A stretch of DNA of 64,000 nt from Auanema rhodensis. Taxonomy: Eukaryota > Animalia > Nematoda. The position numbers were made by a program, and so were the translations under genes. Location: contig OZ059899.1 of NCBI GenBank assembly GCA_964057225.1, forward strand, positions 930,001 through 994,000. The letters run 5' to 3'. Positions 41,301 through 55,600 of this stretch are shown here, piece after piece (the first letter of the stretch is position 1; every line of letters starts with the position of its first letter). The notes beneath the pieces are model-generated. The model was not told where the DNA came from. It did no database searches and worked only from the letters and a program-made list of their open reading frames with translations.

Positions 41301-43633
41301 ATCTCGGTGCATTTTCAAGCTAGCGCAAATCTGATAACACAGATCGACGCAGCTCAAAAATCCGCATCGAATGCACTATACTACATTAAGAAACGCTTAA
41401 TACAAAAATTAGTTATGATCGTTTGAAAAATGATGCATTAGTGTATGTTGAGTTTCCATGTACACTCAACATTGCTTCCAAAAACATTTTGACAAAAATT
41501 TTTTCGAAAAATTTCAAAATAATTTAGCGAAAAGTAGATGTTTTAAGATTCCGTTTTTCAAGGCAAAGACGATGGACAATGTTATTCATCGAAAAAATTA
41601 ATTCTTCAGGGTGAAAATCGAGGTTATAAGTGTGAACTTATATCAGTTGATATCTCGGTGCATTTTCAAGCTAGCGCAAATCTGATAACACAGATCGACG
41701 CAGCTCAAAAATCCGCATCGAATGCACTATACTACATTGAGAAACGCTTAATACAAAAATTAGTTATGATCGTTTGAAAAATGATGCATTAGTGTATGTT
41801 GAGTTTCCATGTACACTCAACATTGCTTCCAAAAACATTTTGACAAAAATTTTTTCGAAAAATTTCAAATTAATTTAGCAAAAAATAGATGTTCTTAGAT
41901 TCCGTTTTTCAAGGCAAAGACGATGGACAATGTTATTCAACGAAAAAAATAATTCTTCAGGGTGAAAATCGAGGATATAAGTGTGAACTTATATCAGTTG
42001 ATATCTCGGTGCTTTTTTAAGCTAGCGCAAATCTGATAACACAGATCGACGCAGCTCAAAAATCCGCATCGAATGCACTATACTACATTGAGAAACGCTT
42101 AATACAAAAATTAGTTATGATTGTTTGAAAAATGATGCATTAGTGTATGTTGAGTTTCCATGTACACTCAACATTGCTTCCAAAAACATTTTGACAAAAA
42201 TTTTTTCGAAAAATTTCAAAATAATTTAGCAAAAAGTAGATGTTTTTAGATTCCGTTTTTCAAGGCAAAGACGATGGACAATGTTATTCAACGAAAAAAA
42301 TAATTCTTCGGGGTGAAAATCGAGGATATAAGTGTGAACTTATATCAGTTGATATCTCGGTGCATTTTTAAGCTAGCGCAAATCTGATAACACAGATCGA
42401 CGCAGCTCAAAAATCCGCATTGAATGCACTATACTACATTGAGAAACGCTCAATACAAAAATTAGTTATGATCGTTTGAAAAATGATGCATTAGTGTATG
42501 TTGAGTTTCCATGTACACTCAACATTGCTTCCAAAAACATTTTGACAAAAATTTTTTCGAAAAATTTCAAGATAATTTAGCGAAAAGTAGATGTTTTTAG
42601 ATTCCGTTTTTCAAGGCAAAGACGATGGACAATGTTATTCAACGAAAAAATTAATTCTTCAGGGTGAAAATCGAGGATATAAGTGTGAACTTATATCAGT
42701 TGATATCTCGGTGCATTTTCAAGCTAGCGCAAATCTGATAACACAGATCGACGCAGCTCAAAAATCCGCATCGAATGCACTATACTACATTAAGAAACGC
42801 TTAATACAAAAATTAGTTATGATCGTTTGAAAAATGATGCATTAGTGTATGTTGAGTTTCCATGTACACTCAACATTGCTTCCAAAAACATTTTGACAAA
42901 AATTTTTTCGAAAAATTTCAAAATAATTTAGCGAAAAGTAGATGTTTTAAGATTCCGTTTTTCAAGGCAAAGACGATGGACAATGTTATTCATCGAAAAA
43001 ATTAATTCTTCAGGGTGAAAATCGAGGTTATAAGTGTGAACTTATATCAGTTGATATCTCGGTGCATTTTCAAGCTAGCGCAAATCTGATAACACAGATC
43101 GACGCAGCTCAAAAATCCGCATCGAATGCACTATACTACATTGAGAAACGCTTAATACAAAAATTAGTTATGATCGTTTGAAAAATGATGCATTAGTGTA
43201 TGTTGAGTTTCCATGTACACTCAACATTGCTTCCAAAAACATTTTGACAAAAATTTTTTCGAAAAATTTCAAATTAATTTAGCAAAAAATAGATGTTCTT
43301 AGATTCCGTTTTTCAAGGCAAAGACGATGGACAATGTTATTCAACGAAAAAAATAATTCTTCAGGGTGAAAATCGAGGATATAAGTGTGAACTTATATCA
43401 GTTGATATCTCGGTGCTTTTTTAAGCTAGCGCAAATCTGATAACACAGATCGACGCAGCTCAAAAATCCGCATCGAATGCACTATACTACATTGAGAAAC
43501 GCTTAATACAAAAATTAGTTATGATTGTTTGAAAAATGATGCATTAGTGTATGTTGAGTTTCCATGTACACTCAACATTGCTTCCAAAAACATTTTGACA
43601 AAAATTTTTTCGAAAAATTTCAAGATAATTTAG

Positions 43634-46600
43634 CGAAAAGTAGATGTTTTTAGATTCCGTTTTTCAAGGCAAAGACGATGGACAATGTTATTCAACGAAA
43701 AAATTAATTCTTCAGGGTGAAAATCGAGGATATAAGTGTGAACTTATATCAGTTGATATCTCGGTGCTTTTTTAAGCTAGCGCAAATCTGATAACACAGA
43801 TCGACGCAGCTTAAAAATCCGCATCGAATGCACTATACTACATTGAGAAACGCGTAATACAAAATTTAGTTATGATCGTTTGAAAAATGATGCATTAGTG
43901 TATGTTGAGTTTCCATGTACACTCAACATTGCTTCCAAAAACATTTTGACAAAAATTTTTTCGAAAAATTTCAAGATAATTTAGCGAAAAGTAGATGTTT
44001 TTAGATTCCGTTTTTCAAGGCAAAGACGATGGACAATGTTATTCAACGAAAAAATTAATTCTTCAGGGTGAAAATCGAGGATATAAGTGTGAACTTATAT
44101 CAGTTGATATCTCGGTGCTTTTTTAAGCTAGCGCAAATCTGATAACACAGATCGACGCAGCTTAAAAATCCGCATCGAATGCACTATACTACATTGAGAA
44201 ACGCGTAATACAAAATTTAGTTATGATCGTTTGAAAAATGATGCATTAGTGTATGTTGAGTTTCCATGTACACTCAACATTGCTTCCAAAAACATTTTGA
44301 CAAAAATTTTTTCGAAAAATTTCAAGATAATTTAGCGAAAAGTAGATGTTTTTAGATTCCGTTTTTCAAGGCAAAGACGATGGACAATGTTATTCAACGA
44401 AAAAATTAATTCTTCAGGGTGAAAATCGAGGATATAAGTGTGAACATATATCAGTTGATATCTCGGTGCATTTTCAAGCTAGCGCAAATCTGATAACACA
44501 GATCGACGCAGCTCAAAAATCCGCATCGAATTCACTATACTACATTGAGAAACGCTTAATACAAAAATTAGTTATGATCGTTTGAAAAATGATGCATTAG
44601 TGTATGTTGAGTTTCCATGTACACTCAACATTGCTTCCAAAAACATTTTGACAAAAATTTTTTCGAAAAATTTCAAAATAATTTAGCAAAAAGTAGATGT
44701 TTTTAGATTCCGTTTTTCAAGGCAAAGACGATGGACAATGTTATTCAACGAAAAAAATAATTCTTCAGGGTGAAAATCGAGGATATAAGTGTGAACTTAT
44801 ATCAGTTGATATCTCGGTGCATTTTCAAGCTAGCGCAAATCTGATAACACAGATCGACGCAGCTCAAAAATCCGCATCGAATGCACTATACTACATTGAG
44901 AAACGCTTAATACAAAAATTAGTTATGATCGTTTGAAAAATGATGCATTAGTGTATGTTGAGTTTCCATGTACACTCAACATTGCTTCCAAAAACATTTT
45001 GACAAAAATTTTTTCGAAAAATTTCAAGATAATTTAGCGAAAAGTAGATGTTTTTAGATTCCGTTTTTCAAGGCAAAGACGATGGACAATGTTATTCAAC
45101 GAAAAAATTAATTCTTCAGGGTGAAAATCGAGGATATAAGTGTGAACTTATATCAGTTGATATCTCGGTGCATTTTCAAGCTAGCGCAAATCTGATAACA
45201 CAGATCGACGCAGCTCAAAAATCCGCATCGAATGCACTATACTACATTGAGAAACGCTTAATACAAAAATTAGTTATGATCGTTTGAAAAATGATGCATT
45301 AGTGTATGTTGAGTTTCCATGTACACTCAACATTGCTTCCAAAAACATTTTGACAAAAATTTTTTCGAAAAATTTCAAGATAATTTAGCGAAAAGTAGAT
45401 GTTTTTAGATTCCGTTTTTCAAGGCAAAGACGATGGACAATGTTATTCAACGAAAAAATTAATTCTTCAGGGTGAAAATCGAGGATATAAGTGTGAACTT
45501 ATATCAGTTGATATCTCGGTGCTTTTTTAAGCTAGCGCAAATCTGATAACACAGATCGACGCAGCTTAAAAATCCGCATCGAATGCACTATACTACATTG
45601 AGAAACGCGTAATACAAAATTTAGTTATGATCGTTTGAAAAATGATGCATTAGTGTATGTTGAGTTTCCATGTACACTCAACATTGCTTCCAAAAACATT
45701 TTGACAAAAATTTTTTCGAAAAATTTCAAGATAATTTAGCGAAAAGTAGATGTTTTTAGATTCCGTTTTTCAAGGCAAAGACGATGGACAATGTTATTCA
45801 ACGAAAAAATTAATTCTTCAGGGTGAAAATCGAGGATATAAGTGTGAACTTATATCAGTTGATATCTCGGTGCTTTTTTAAGCTAGCGCAAATCTGATAA
45901 CACAGATCGACGCAGCTTAAAAATCCGCATCGAATGCACTATACTACATTGAGAAACGCGTAATACAAAATTTAGTTATGATCGTTTGAAAAATGATGCA
46001 TTAGTGTATGTTGAGTTTCCATGTACACTCAACATTGCTTCCAAAAACATTTTGACAAAAATTTTTTCGAAAAATTTCAAGATAATTTAGCGAAAAGTAG
46101 ATGTTTTTAGATTCCGTTTTTCAAGGCAAAGACGATGGACAATGTTATTCAACGAAAAAATTAATTCTTCAGGGTGAAAATCGAGGATATAAGTGTGAAC
46201 ATATATCAGTTGATATCTCGGTGCATTTTCAAGCTAGCGCAAATCTGATAACACAGATCGACGCAGCTCAAAAATCCGCATCGAATTCACTATACTACAT
46301 TGAGAAACGCTTAATACAAAAATTAGTTATGATCGTTTGAAAAATGATGCATTAGTGTATGTTGAGTTTCCATGTACACTCAACATTGCTTCCAAAAACA
46401 TTTTGACAAAAATTTTTTCGAAAAATTTCAAAATAATTTAGCAAAAAGTAGATGTTTTTAGATTCCGTTTTTCAAGGCAAAGACGATGGACAATGTTATT
46501 CAACGAAAAAAATAATTCTTCAGGGTGAAAATCGAGGATATAAGTGTGAACTTATATCAGTTGATATCTCGGTGCATTTTCAAGCTAGCGCAAATCTGAT

Positions 46601-49600
46601 AACACAGATCGACGCAGCTCAAAAATCCGCATCGAATGCACTATACTACATTGAGAAACGCTTAATACAAAAATTAGTTATGATCGTTTGAAAAATGATG
46701 CATTAGTGTATGTTGAGTTTCCATGTACACTCAACATTGCTTCCAAAAACATTTTGACAAAAATTTTTTCGAAAAATTTCAAGATAATTTAGCGAAAAGT
46801 AGATGTTTTTAGATTCCGTTTTTCAAGGCAAAGACGATGGACAATGTTATTCAACGAAAAAATTAATTCTTCAGGGTGAAAATCGAGGATATAAGTGTGA
46901 ACTTATATCAGTTGATATCTCGGTGCATTTTCAAGCTAGCGCAAATCTGATAACACAGATCGACGCAGCTCAAAAATCCGCATCGAATGCACTATACTAC
47001 ATTGAGAAACGCTTAATACAAAAATTAGTTATGATTGTTTGAAAAATGATGCATTAGTGTATGTTGAGTTTCCATGTACACTCAACATTGCTTCCAAAAA
47101 CATTTTGACAAAAATTTTTTCGAAAAATTTCAAGATAATTTAGCGAAAAGTAGATGTTTTTAGATTCCGTTTTTCAAGGCAAAGACGATGGACAATGTTA
47201 TTCAACGAAAAAATTAATTCTTCAGGGTGAAAATCGAGGATATAAGTGTGAACTTATATCAGTTGATATCTCGGTGCTTTTTTAAGCTAGCGCAAATCTG
47301 ATAACACAGATCGACGCAGCTTAAAAATCCGCATCGAATGCACTATACTACATTGAGAAACGCGTAATACAAAATTTAGTTATGATCGTTTGAAAAATGA
47401 TGCATTAGTGTATGTTGAGTTTCCATGTACACTCAACATTGCTTCCAAAAACATTTTGACAAAAATTTTTTCGAAAAATTTCAAGATAATTTAGCGAAAA
47501 GTAGATGTTTTTAGATTCCGTTTTTCAAGGCAAAGACGATGGACAATGTTATTCAACAAAAAAATTAATTCTTCAGGGTGAAAATCGAGGATATAAGTGT
47601 GAACATATATCAGTTGATATCTCGGTGCATTTTCAAGCTAGCGCAAATCTGATAACACAGATCGACGCAGCTCAAAAATCCGCATCGAATTCACTATACT
47701 ACATTGAGAAACGCTTAATACAAAAATTAGTTATGATCGTTTGAAAAATGATGCATTAGTGTATGTTGAGTTTCCATGTACACTCAACATTGCTTCCAAA
47801 AACATTTTGACAAAAATTTTTTCGAAAAATTTCAAAATAATTTAGCAAAAAGTAGATGTTTTTAGATTCCGTTTTTCAAGGCAAAGACGATGGACAATGT
47901 TATTCAACGAAAAAAATAATTCTTCAGGGTGAAAATCGAGGATATAAGTGTGAACTTATATCAGTTGATATCTCGGTGCATTTTCAAGCTAGCGCAAATC
48001 TGATAACACAGATCGACGCAGCTCAAAAATCCGCATCGAATGCACTATACTACATTGAGAAACGCTTAATACAAAAATTAGTTATGATCGTTTGAAAAAT
48101 GATGCATTAGTGTATGTTGAGTTTCCATGTACACTCAACATTGCTTCCAAAAACATTTTGACAAAAATTTTTTCGAAAAATTTCAAGATAATTTAGCGAA
48201 AAGTAGATGTTTTTAGATTCCGTTTTTCAAGGCAAAGACGATGGACAATGTTATTCAACGAAAAAATTAATTCTTCAGGGTGAAAATCGAGGATATAAGT
48301 GTGAACTTATATCAGTTGATATCTCGGTGCATTTTCAAGCTAGCGCAAATCTGATAACACAGATCGACGCAGCTCAAAAATCCGCATCGAATGCACTATA
48401 CTACATTGAGAAACGCTTAATACAAAAATTAGTTATGATTGTTTGAAAAATGATGCATTAGTGTATGTTGAGTTTCCATGTACACTCAACATTGCTTCCA
48501 AAAACATTTTGACAAAAATTTTTTCGAAAAATTTCAAGATAATTTAGCGAAAAGTAGATGTTTTTAGATTCCGTTTTTCAAGGCAAAGACGATGGACAAT
48601 GTTATTCAACGAAAAAATTAATTCTTCAGGGTGAAAATCGAGGATATAAGTGTGAACTTATATCAGTTGATATCTCGGTGCTTTTTTAAGCTAGCGCAAA
48701 TCTGATAACACAGATCGACGCAGCTTAAAAATCCGCATCGAATGCACTATACTACATTGAGAAACGCGTAATACAAAATTTAGTTATGATCGTTTGAAAA
48801 ATGATGCATTAGTGTATGTTGAGTTTCCATGTACACTCAACATTGCTTCCAAAAACATTTTGACAAAAATTTTTTCGAAAAATTTCAAGATAATTTAGCG
48901 AAAAGTAGATGTTTTTAGATTCCGTTTTTCAAGGCAAAGACGATGGACAATGTTATTCAACAAAAAAATTAATTCTTCAGGGTGAAAATCGAGGATATAA
49001 GTGTGAACATATATCAGTTGATATCTCGGTGCATTTTCAAGCTAGCGCAAATCTGATAACACAGATCGACGCAGCTCAAAAATCCGCATCGAATTCACTA
49101 TACTACATTGAGAAACGCTTAATACAAAAATTAGTTATGATCGTTTGAAAAATGATGCATTAGTGTATGTTGAGTTTCCATGTACACTCAACATTGCTTC
49201 CAAAAACATTTTGACAAAAATTTTTTCGAAAAATTTCAAGATAATTTAGCGAAAAGTAGATGTTTTTAGATTCCGTTTTTCAAGGCAAAGACGATGGACA
49301 ATGTTATTCAACGAAAAAATTAATTCTTCAGGGTGAAAATCGAGGATATAAGTGTGAACTTATATCAGTTGATATCTCGGTGCATTTTCAAGCTAGCGCA
49401 AATCTGATAACACAGATCGACGCAGCTCAAAAATCCGCATCGAATGCACTATACTACATTGAGAAACGCTTAATACAAAAATTAGTTATGATCGTTTGAA
49501 AAATGATGCATTAGTGTATGTTGAGTTTCCATGTACACTCAACATTGCTTCCAAAAACATTTTGACAAAAATTTTTTCGAAAAATTTCAAATTAATTTAG

Positions 49601-52600
49601 CAAAAAATAGATGTTCTTAGATTCCGTTTTTCAAGGCAAAGACGATGGACAATGTTATTCAACGAAAAAAATAATTCTTCAGGGTGAAAATCGAGGATAT
49701 AAGTGTGAACTTATATCAGTTGATATCTCGGTGCTTTTTTAAGCTAGCGCGAATCTGATAACACAGATCGACGCAGCTCAAAAATCCGCATCGAATGCAC
49801 TATACTACATTGAGAAACGCTTAATACAAAAATTAGTTATGATTGTTTGAAAAATGATGCATTAGTGTATGTTGAGTTTCCATGTACACTCAACATTGCT
49901 TCCAAAAACATTTTGACAAAAATTTTTTCGAAAAATTTCAAGATAATTTAGCGAAAAGTAGATGTTTTTAGATTCCGTTTTTCAAGGCAAAGACGATGGA
50001 CAATGTTATTCAACGAAAAAATTAATTCTTCAGGGTGAAAATCGAGGATATAAGTGTGAACTTATATCAGTTGATATCTCGGTGCTTTTTTAAGCTAGCG
50101 CAAATCTGATAACACAGATCGACGCAGCTTAAAAATCCGCATCGAATGCACTATACTACATTGAGAAACGCGTAATACAAAATTTAGTTATGATCGTTTG
50201 AAAAATGATGCATTAGTGTATGTTGAGTTTCCATGTACACTCAACATTGCTTCCAAAAACATTTTGACAAAAATTTTTTCGAAAAATTTCAAGATAATTT
50301 AGCGAAAAGTAGATGTTTTTAGATTCCGTTTTTCAAGGCAAAGACGATGGACAATGTTATTCAACGAAAAAATTAATTCTTCAGGGTGAAAATCGAGGAT
50401 ATAAGTGTGAACTTATATCAGTTGATATCTCGGTGCTTTTTTAAGCTAGCGCAAATCTGATAACACAGATCGACGCAGCTTAAAAATCCGCATCGAATGC
50501 ACTATACTACATTGAGAAACGCGTAATACAAAATTTAGTTATGATCGTTTGAAAAATGATGCATTAGTGTATGTTGAGTTTCCATGTACACTCAACATTG
50601 CTTCCAAAAACATTTTGACAAAAATTTTTTCGAAAAATTTCAAGATAATTTAGCGAAAAGTAGATGTTTTTAGATTCCGTTTTTCAAGGCAAAGACGATG
50701 GACAATGTTATTCAACGAAAAAATTAATTCTTCAGGGTGAAAATCGAGGATATAAGTGTGAACATATATCAGTTGATATCTCGGTGCATTTTCAAGCTAG
50801 CGCAAATCTGATAACACAGATCGACGCAGCTCAAAAATCCGCATCGAATTCACTATACTACATTGAGAAACGCTTAATACAAAAATTAGTTATGATCGTT
50901 TGAAAAATGATGCATTAGTGTATGTTGAGTTTCCATGTACACTCAACATTGCTTCCAAAAACATTTTGACAAAAATTTTTTCGAAAAATTTCAAAATAAT
51001 TTAGCAAAAAGTAGATGTTTTTAGATTCCGTTTTTCAAGGCAAAGACGATGGACAATGTTATTCAACGAAAAAAATAATTCTTCAGGGTGAAAATCGAGG
51101 ATATAAGTGTGAACTTATATCAGTTGATATCTCGGTGCATTTTCAAGCTAGCGCAAATCTGATAACACAGATCGACGCAGCTCAAAAATCCGCATCGAAT
51201 GCACTATACTACATTGAGAAACGCTTAATACAAAAATTAGTTATGATCGTTTGAAAAATGATGCATTAGTGTATGTTGAGTTTCCATGTACACTCAACAT
51301 TGCTTCCAAAAACATTTTGACAAAAATTTTTTCGAAAAATTTCAAGATAATTTAGCGAAAAGTAGATGTTTTTAGATTCCGTTTTTCAAGGCAAAGACGA
51401 TGGACAATGTTATTCAACGAAAAAATTAATTCTTCAGGGTGAAAATCGAGGATATAAGTGTGAACTTATATCAGTTGATATCTCGGTGCATTTTCAAGCT
51501 AGCGCAAATCTGATAACACAGATCGACGCAGCTCAAAAATCCGCATCGAATGCACTATACTACATTGAGAAACGCTTAATACAAAAATTAGTTATGATCG
51601 TTTGAAAAATGATGCATTAGTGTATGTTGAGTTTCCATGTACACTCAACATTGCTTCCAAAAACATTTTGACAAAAATTTTTTCGAAAAATTTCAAGATA
51701 ATTTAGCGAAAAGTAGATGTTTTTAGATTCCGTTTTTCAAGGCAAAGACGATGGACAATGTTATTCAACGAAAAAATTAATTCTTCAGGGTGAAAATCGA
51801 GGATATAAGTGTGAACTTATATCAGTTGATATCTCGGTGCATTTTCAAGCTAGCGCAAATCTGATAACACAGATCGACGCAGCTCAAAAATCCGCATCGA
51901 ATGCACTATACTACATTGAGAAACGCTTAATACAAAAATTAGTTATGATCGTTTGAAAAATGATGCATTAGTGTATGTTGAGTTTCCATGTACACTCAAC
52001 ATTGCTTCCAAAAACATTTTGACAAAAATTTTTTCGAAAAATTTCAAAATAATTTAGCAAAAAGTAGATGTTTTTAGATTCCGTTTTTCAAGGCAAAGAC
52101 GATGGACAATGTTATTCAACGAAAAAAATAATTCTTCAGGGTGAAAATCGAGGATATAAGTGTGAACTTATATCAGTTGATATCTCGGTGCTTTTTTAAG
52201 CTAGCGCAAATCTGATAACACAGATCGACGCAGCTTGAAAATCCGCATCGAATGCACTATACTACATTGAGAAACGCTTAATACAAAAATTAGTTATGAT
52301 CGTTTGAAAAATGATGCATTAGTGTATGTTGAGTTTCCATGTACACTCAACATTGCTTCCAAAAACATTTTGACAAAAATTTTTTCGAAAAATTTCAAGA
52401 TAATTTAGCGAAAAGTAGATGTTTTTAGATTCCGTTTTTCAAGGCAAAGACGATGGACAATGTTATTCAACGAAAAAAATAATTCTTCAGGGTGAAAATC
52501 GAGGATATAAGTGTGAACTTATATCAGTTGATATCTCGGTGCTTTTTTAAGCTAGCGCAAATCTGATAACACAGATCGACGCAGCTTAAAAATCCGCATC

Positions 52601-55600
52601 GAATGCACTATACTACATTGAGAAACGCTTAATACAAAATTTAGTTATGATCGTTTGAAAAATGATGCATTAGTGTATGTTGAGTTTCCATGTACACTCA
52701 ACATTGCTTCCAAAAACATTTTGACAAAAATTTTTTCGAAAAATTTCAAAATAATTTAGCAAAAAGTAGATGTTTTTAGATTCCGTTTTTCAAAGCAAAG
52801 ACGATGGACAATGTTATTCATCGAAAAAATTAATTCTTCAGGGTGAAAATCGAGGTTATAAGTGTGAACTTATATCAGTTGATATCTCGGTGCATTTTCA
52901 AGCTAGCGCAAATCTGATAACACAGATCGACGCAGCTCAAAAATCCGCATCGAATGCACTATACTACATTGAGAAACGCTTAATACAAAAATTAGTTATG
53001 ATCGTTTGAAAAATGATGCATTAGTGTATGTTGAGTTTCCATGTACACTCAACATTGCTTCCAAAAACATTTTGACAAAAATTTTTTCGAAAAATTTCAA
53101 GATAATTTAGCGAAAAGTAGATGTTTTTAGATTCCGTTTTTCAAGGCAAAGACGATGGACAATGTTATTCAACGAAAAAATTAATTCTTCAGGGTGAAAA
53201 TCGAGGATATAAGTGTGAACTTATATCAGTTGATATCTCGGTGCTTTTTTAAGCTAGCGCAAATCTGATAACACAGATCGACGCAGCTTAAAAATCCGCA
53301 TCGAATGCACTATACTACATTGAGAAACGCGTAATACAAAATTTAGTTATGATCGTTTGAAAAATGATGCATTAGTGTATGTTGAGTTTCCATGTACACT
53401 CAACATTGCTTCCAAAAACATTTTGACAAAAATTTTTTCGAAAAATTTCAAGATAATTTAGCGAAAAGTAGATGTTTTTAGATTCCGTTTTTCAAGGCAA
53501 AGACGATGGACAATGTTATTCAGCGAAAAAATTAATTCTTCAGGGTGAAAATCGAGGATATAAGTGTGAACTTATATCAGTTGATATCTCGGTGCTTTTT
53601 TAAGCTAGCGCAAATCTGATAACACAGATCGACGCAGCTTAAAAATCCGCATCGAATGCACTATACTACATTGAGAAACGCGTAATACAAAATTTAGTTA
53701 TGATCGTTTGAAAAATGATGCATTAGTGTATGTTGAGTTTCCATGTACACTCAACATTGCTTCCAAAAACATTTTGACAAAAATTTTTTCTAAAAATTTC
53801 AAGATAATTTAGCGAAAAGTAGATGTTTTTAGATTCCGTTTTTCAAGGCAAAGACGATGGACAATGTTATTCAACGAAAAAATTAATTCTTCAGGGTGAA
53901 AATCGAGGATATAAGTGTGAACATATATCAGTTGATATCTCGGTGCATTTTCAAGCTAGCGCAAATCTGATAACACAGATCGACGCAGCTCAAAAATCCG
54001 CATCGAATTCACTATACTACATTGAGAAACGCTTAATACAAAAATTAGTTATGATCGTTTGAAAAATGATGCATTAGTGTATGTTGAGTTTCCATGTACA
54101 CTCAACATTGCTTCCAAAAACATTTTGACAAAAATTTTTTCGAAAAATTTCAAAATAATTTAGCAAAAAGTAGATGTTTTTAGATTCCGTTTTTCAAGGC
54201 AAAGACGATGGACAATGTTATTCAACGAAAAAAATAATTCTTCAGGGTGAAAATCGAGGATATAAGTGTGAACTTATATCAGTTGATATCTCGGTGCATT
54301 TTCAAGCTAGCGCAAATCTGATAACACAGATCGACGCAGCTCAAAAATCCGCATCGAATGCACTATACTACATTGAGAAACGCTTAATACAAAAATTAGT
54401 TATGATCGTTTGAAAAATGATGCATTAGTGTATGTTGAGTTTCCATGTACACTCAACATTGCTTCCAAAAACATTTTGACAAAAATTTTTTCGAAAAATT
54501 TCAAGATAATTTAGCGAAAAGTAGATGTTTTTAGATTCCGTTTTTCAAGGCAAAGACGATGGACAATGTTATTCAACGAAAAAATTAATTCTTCAGGGTG
54601 AAAATCGAGGATATAAGTGTGAACTTATATCAGTTGATATCTCGGTGCATTTTCAAGCTAGCGCAAATCTGATAACACAGATCGACGCAGCTCAAAAATC
54701 CGCATCGAATGCACTATACTACATTGAGAAACGCTTAATACAAAAATTAGTTATGATCGTTTGAAAAATGATGCATTAGTGTATGTTGAGTTTCCATGTA
54801 CACTCAACATTGCTTCCAAAAACATTTTGACAAAAATTTTTTCGAAAAATTTCAAAATAATTTAGCAAAAAGTAGATGTTTTTAGATTCCGTTTTTCAAG
54901 GCAAAGACGATGGACAATGTTATTCAACGAAAAAAATAATTCTTCAGGGTGAAAATCGAGGATATAAGTGTGAACTTATATCAGTTGATATCTCGGTGCT
55001 TTTTTAAGCTAGCGCAAATCTGATAACACAGATCGACGCAGCTTGAAAATCCGCATCGAATGCACTATACTACATTGAGAAACGCTTAATACAAAAATTA
55101 GTTATGATCGTTTGAAAAATGATGCATTAGTGTATGTTGAGTTTCCATGTACACTCAACATTGCTTCCAAAAACATTTTGACAAAAATTTTTTCGAAAAA
55201 TTTCAAGATAATTTAGCGAAAAGTAGATGTTTTTAGATTCCGTTTTTCAAGGCAAAGACGATGGACAATGTTATTCAACGAAAAAAATAATTCTTCAGGG
55301 TGAAAATCGAGGATATATGTGTGAACTCATATCAGTTGATATCTCGGTGCATTTTTAAGCTAGCGCAAATCTGATAACACAGATCGACGCAGCTCAACAA
55401 TCCGCATCGAATGCACTATACTACATTGAGAAACGCTTAATACAAAAATTAGTTATGATCGTTTGAAAAATGATGCATTAGTGTATGTTGAGTTTCCATG
55501 TACACTCAACATTGCTTCCAAAAACATTTTGACAAAAATTTTTTCGAAAAATTTAAAAATAATTTAGCAAAAAGTAGATGTTTTTAGATTCCTTTTTTCA

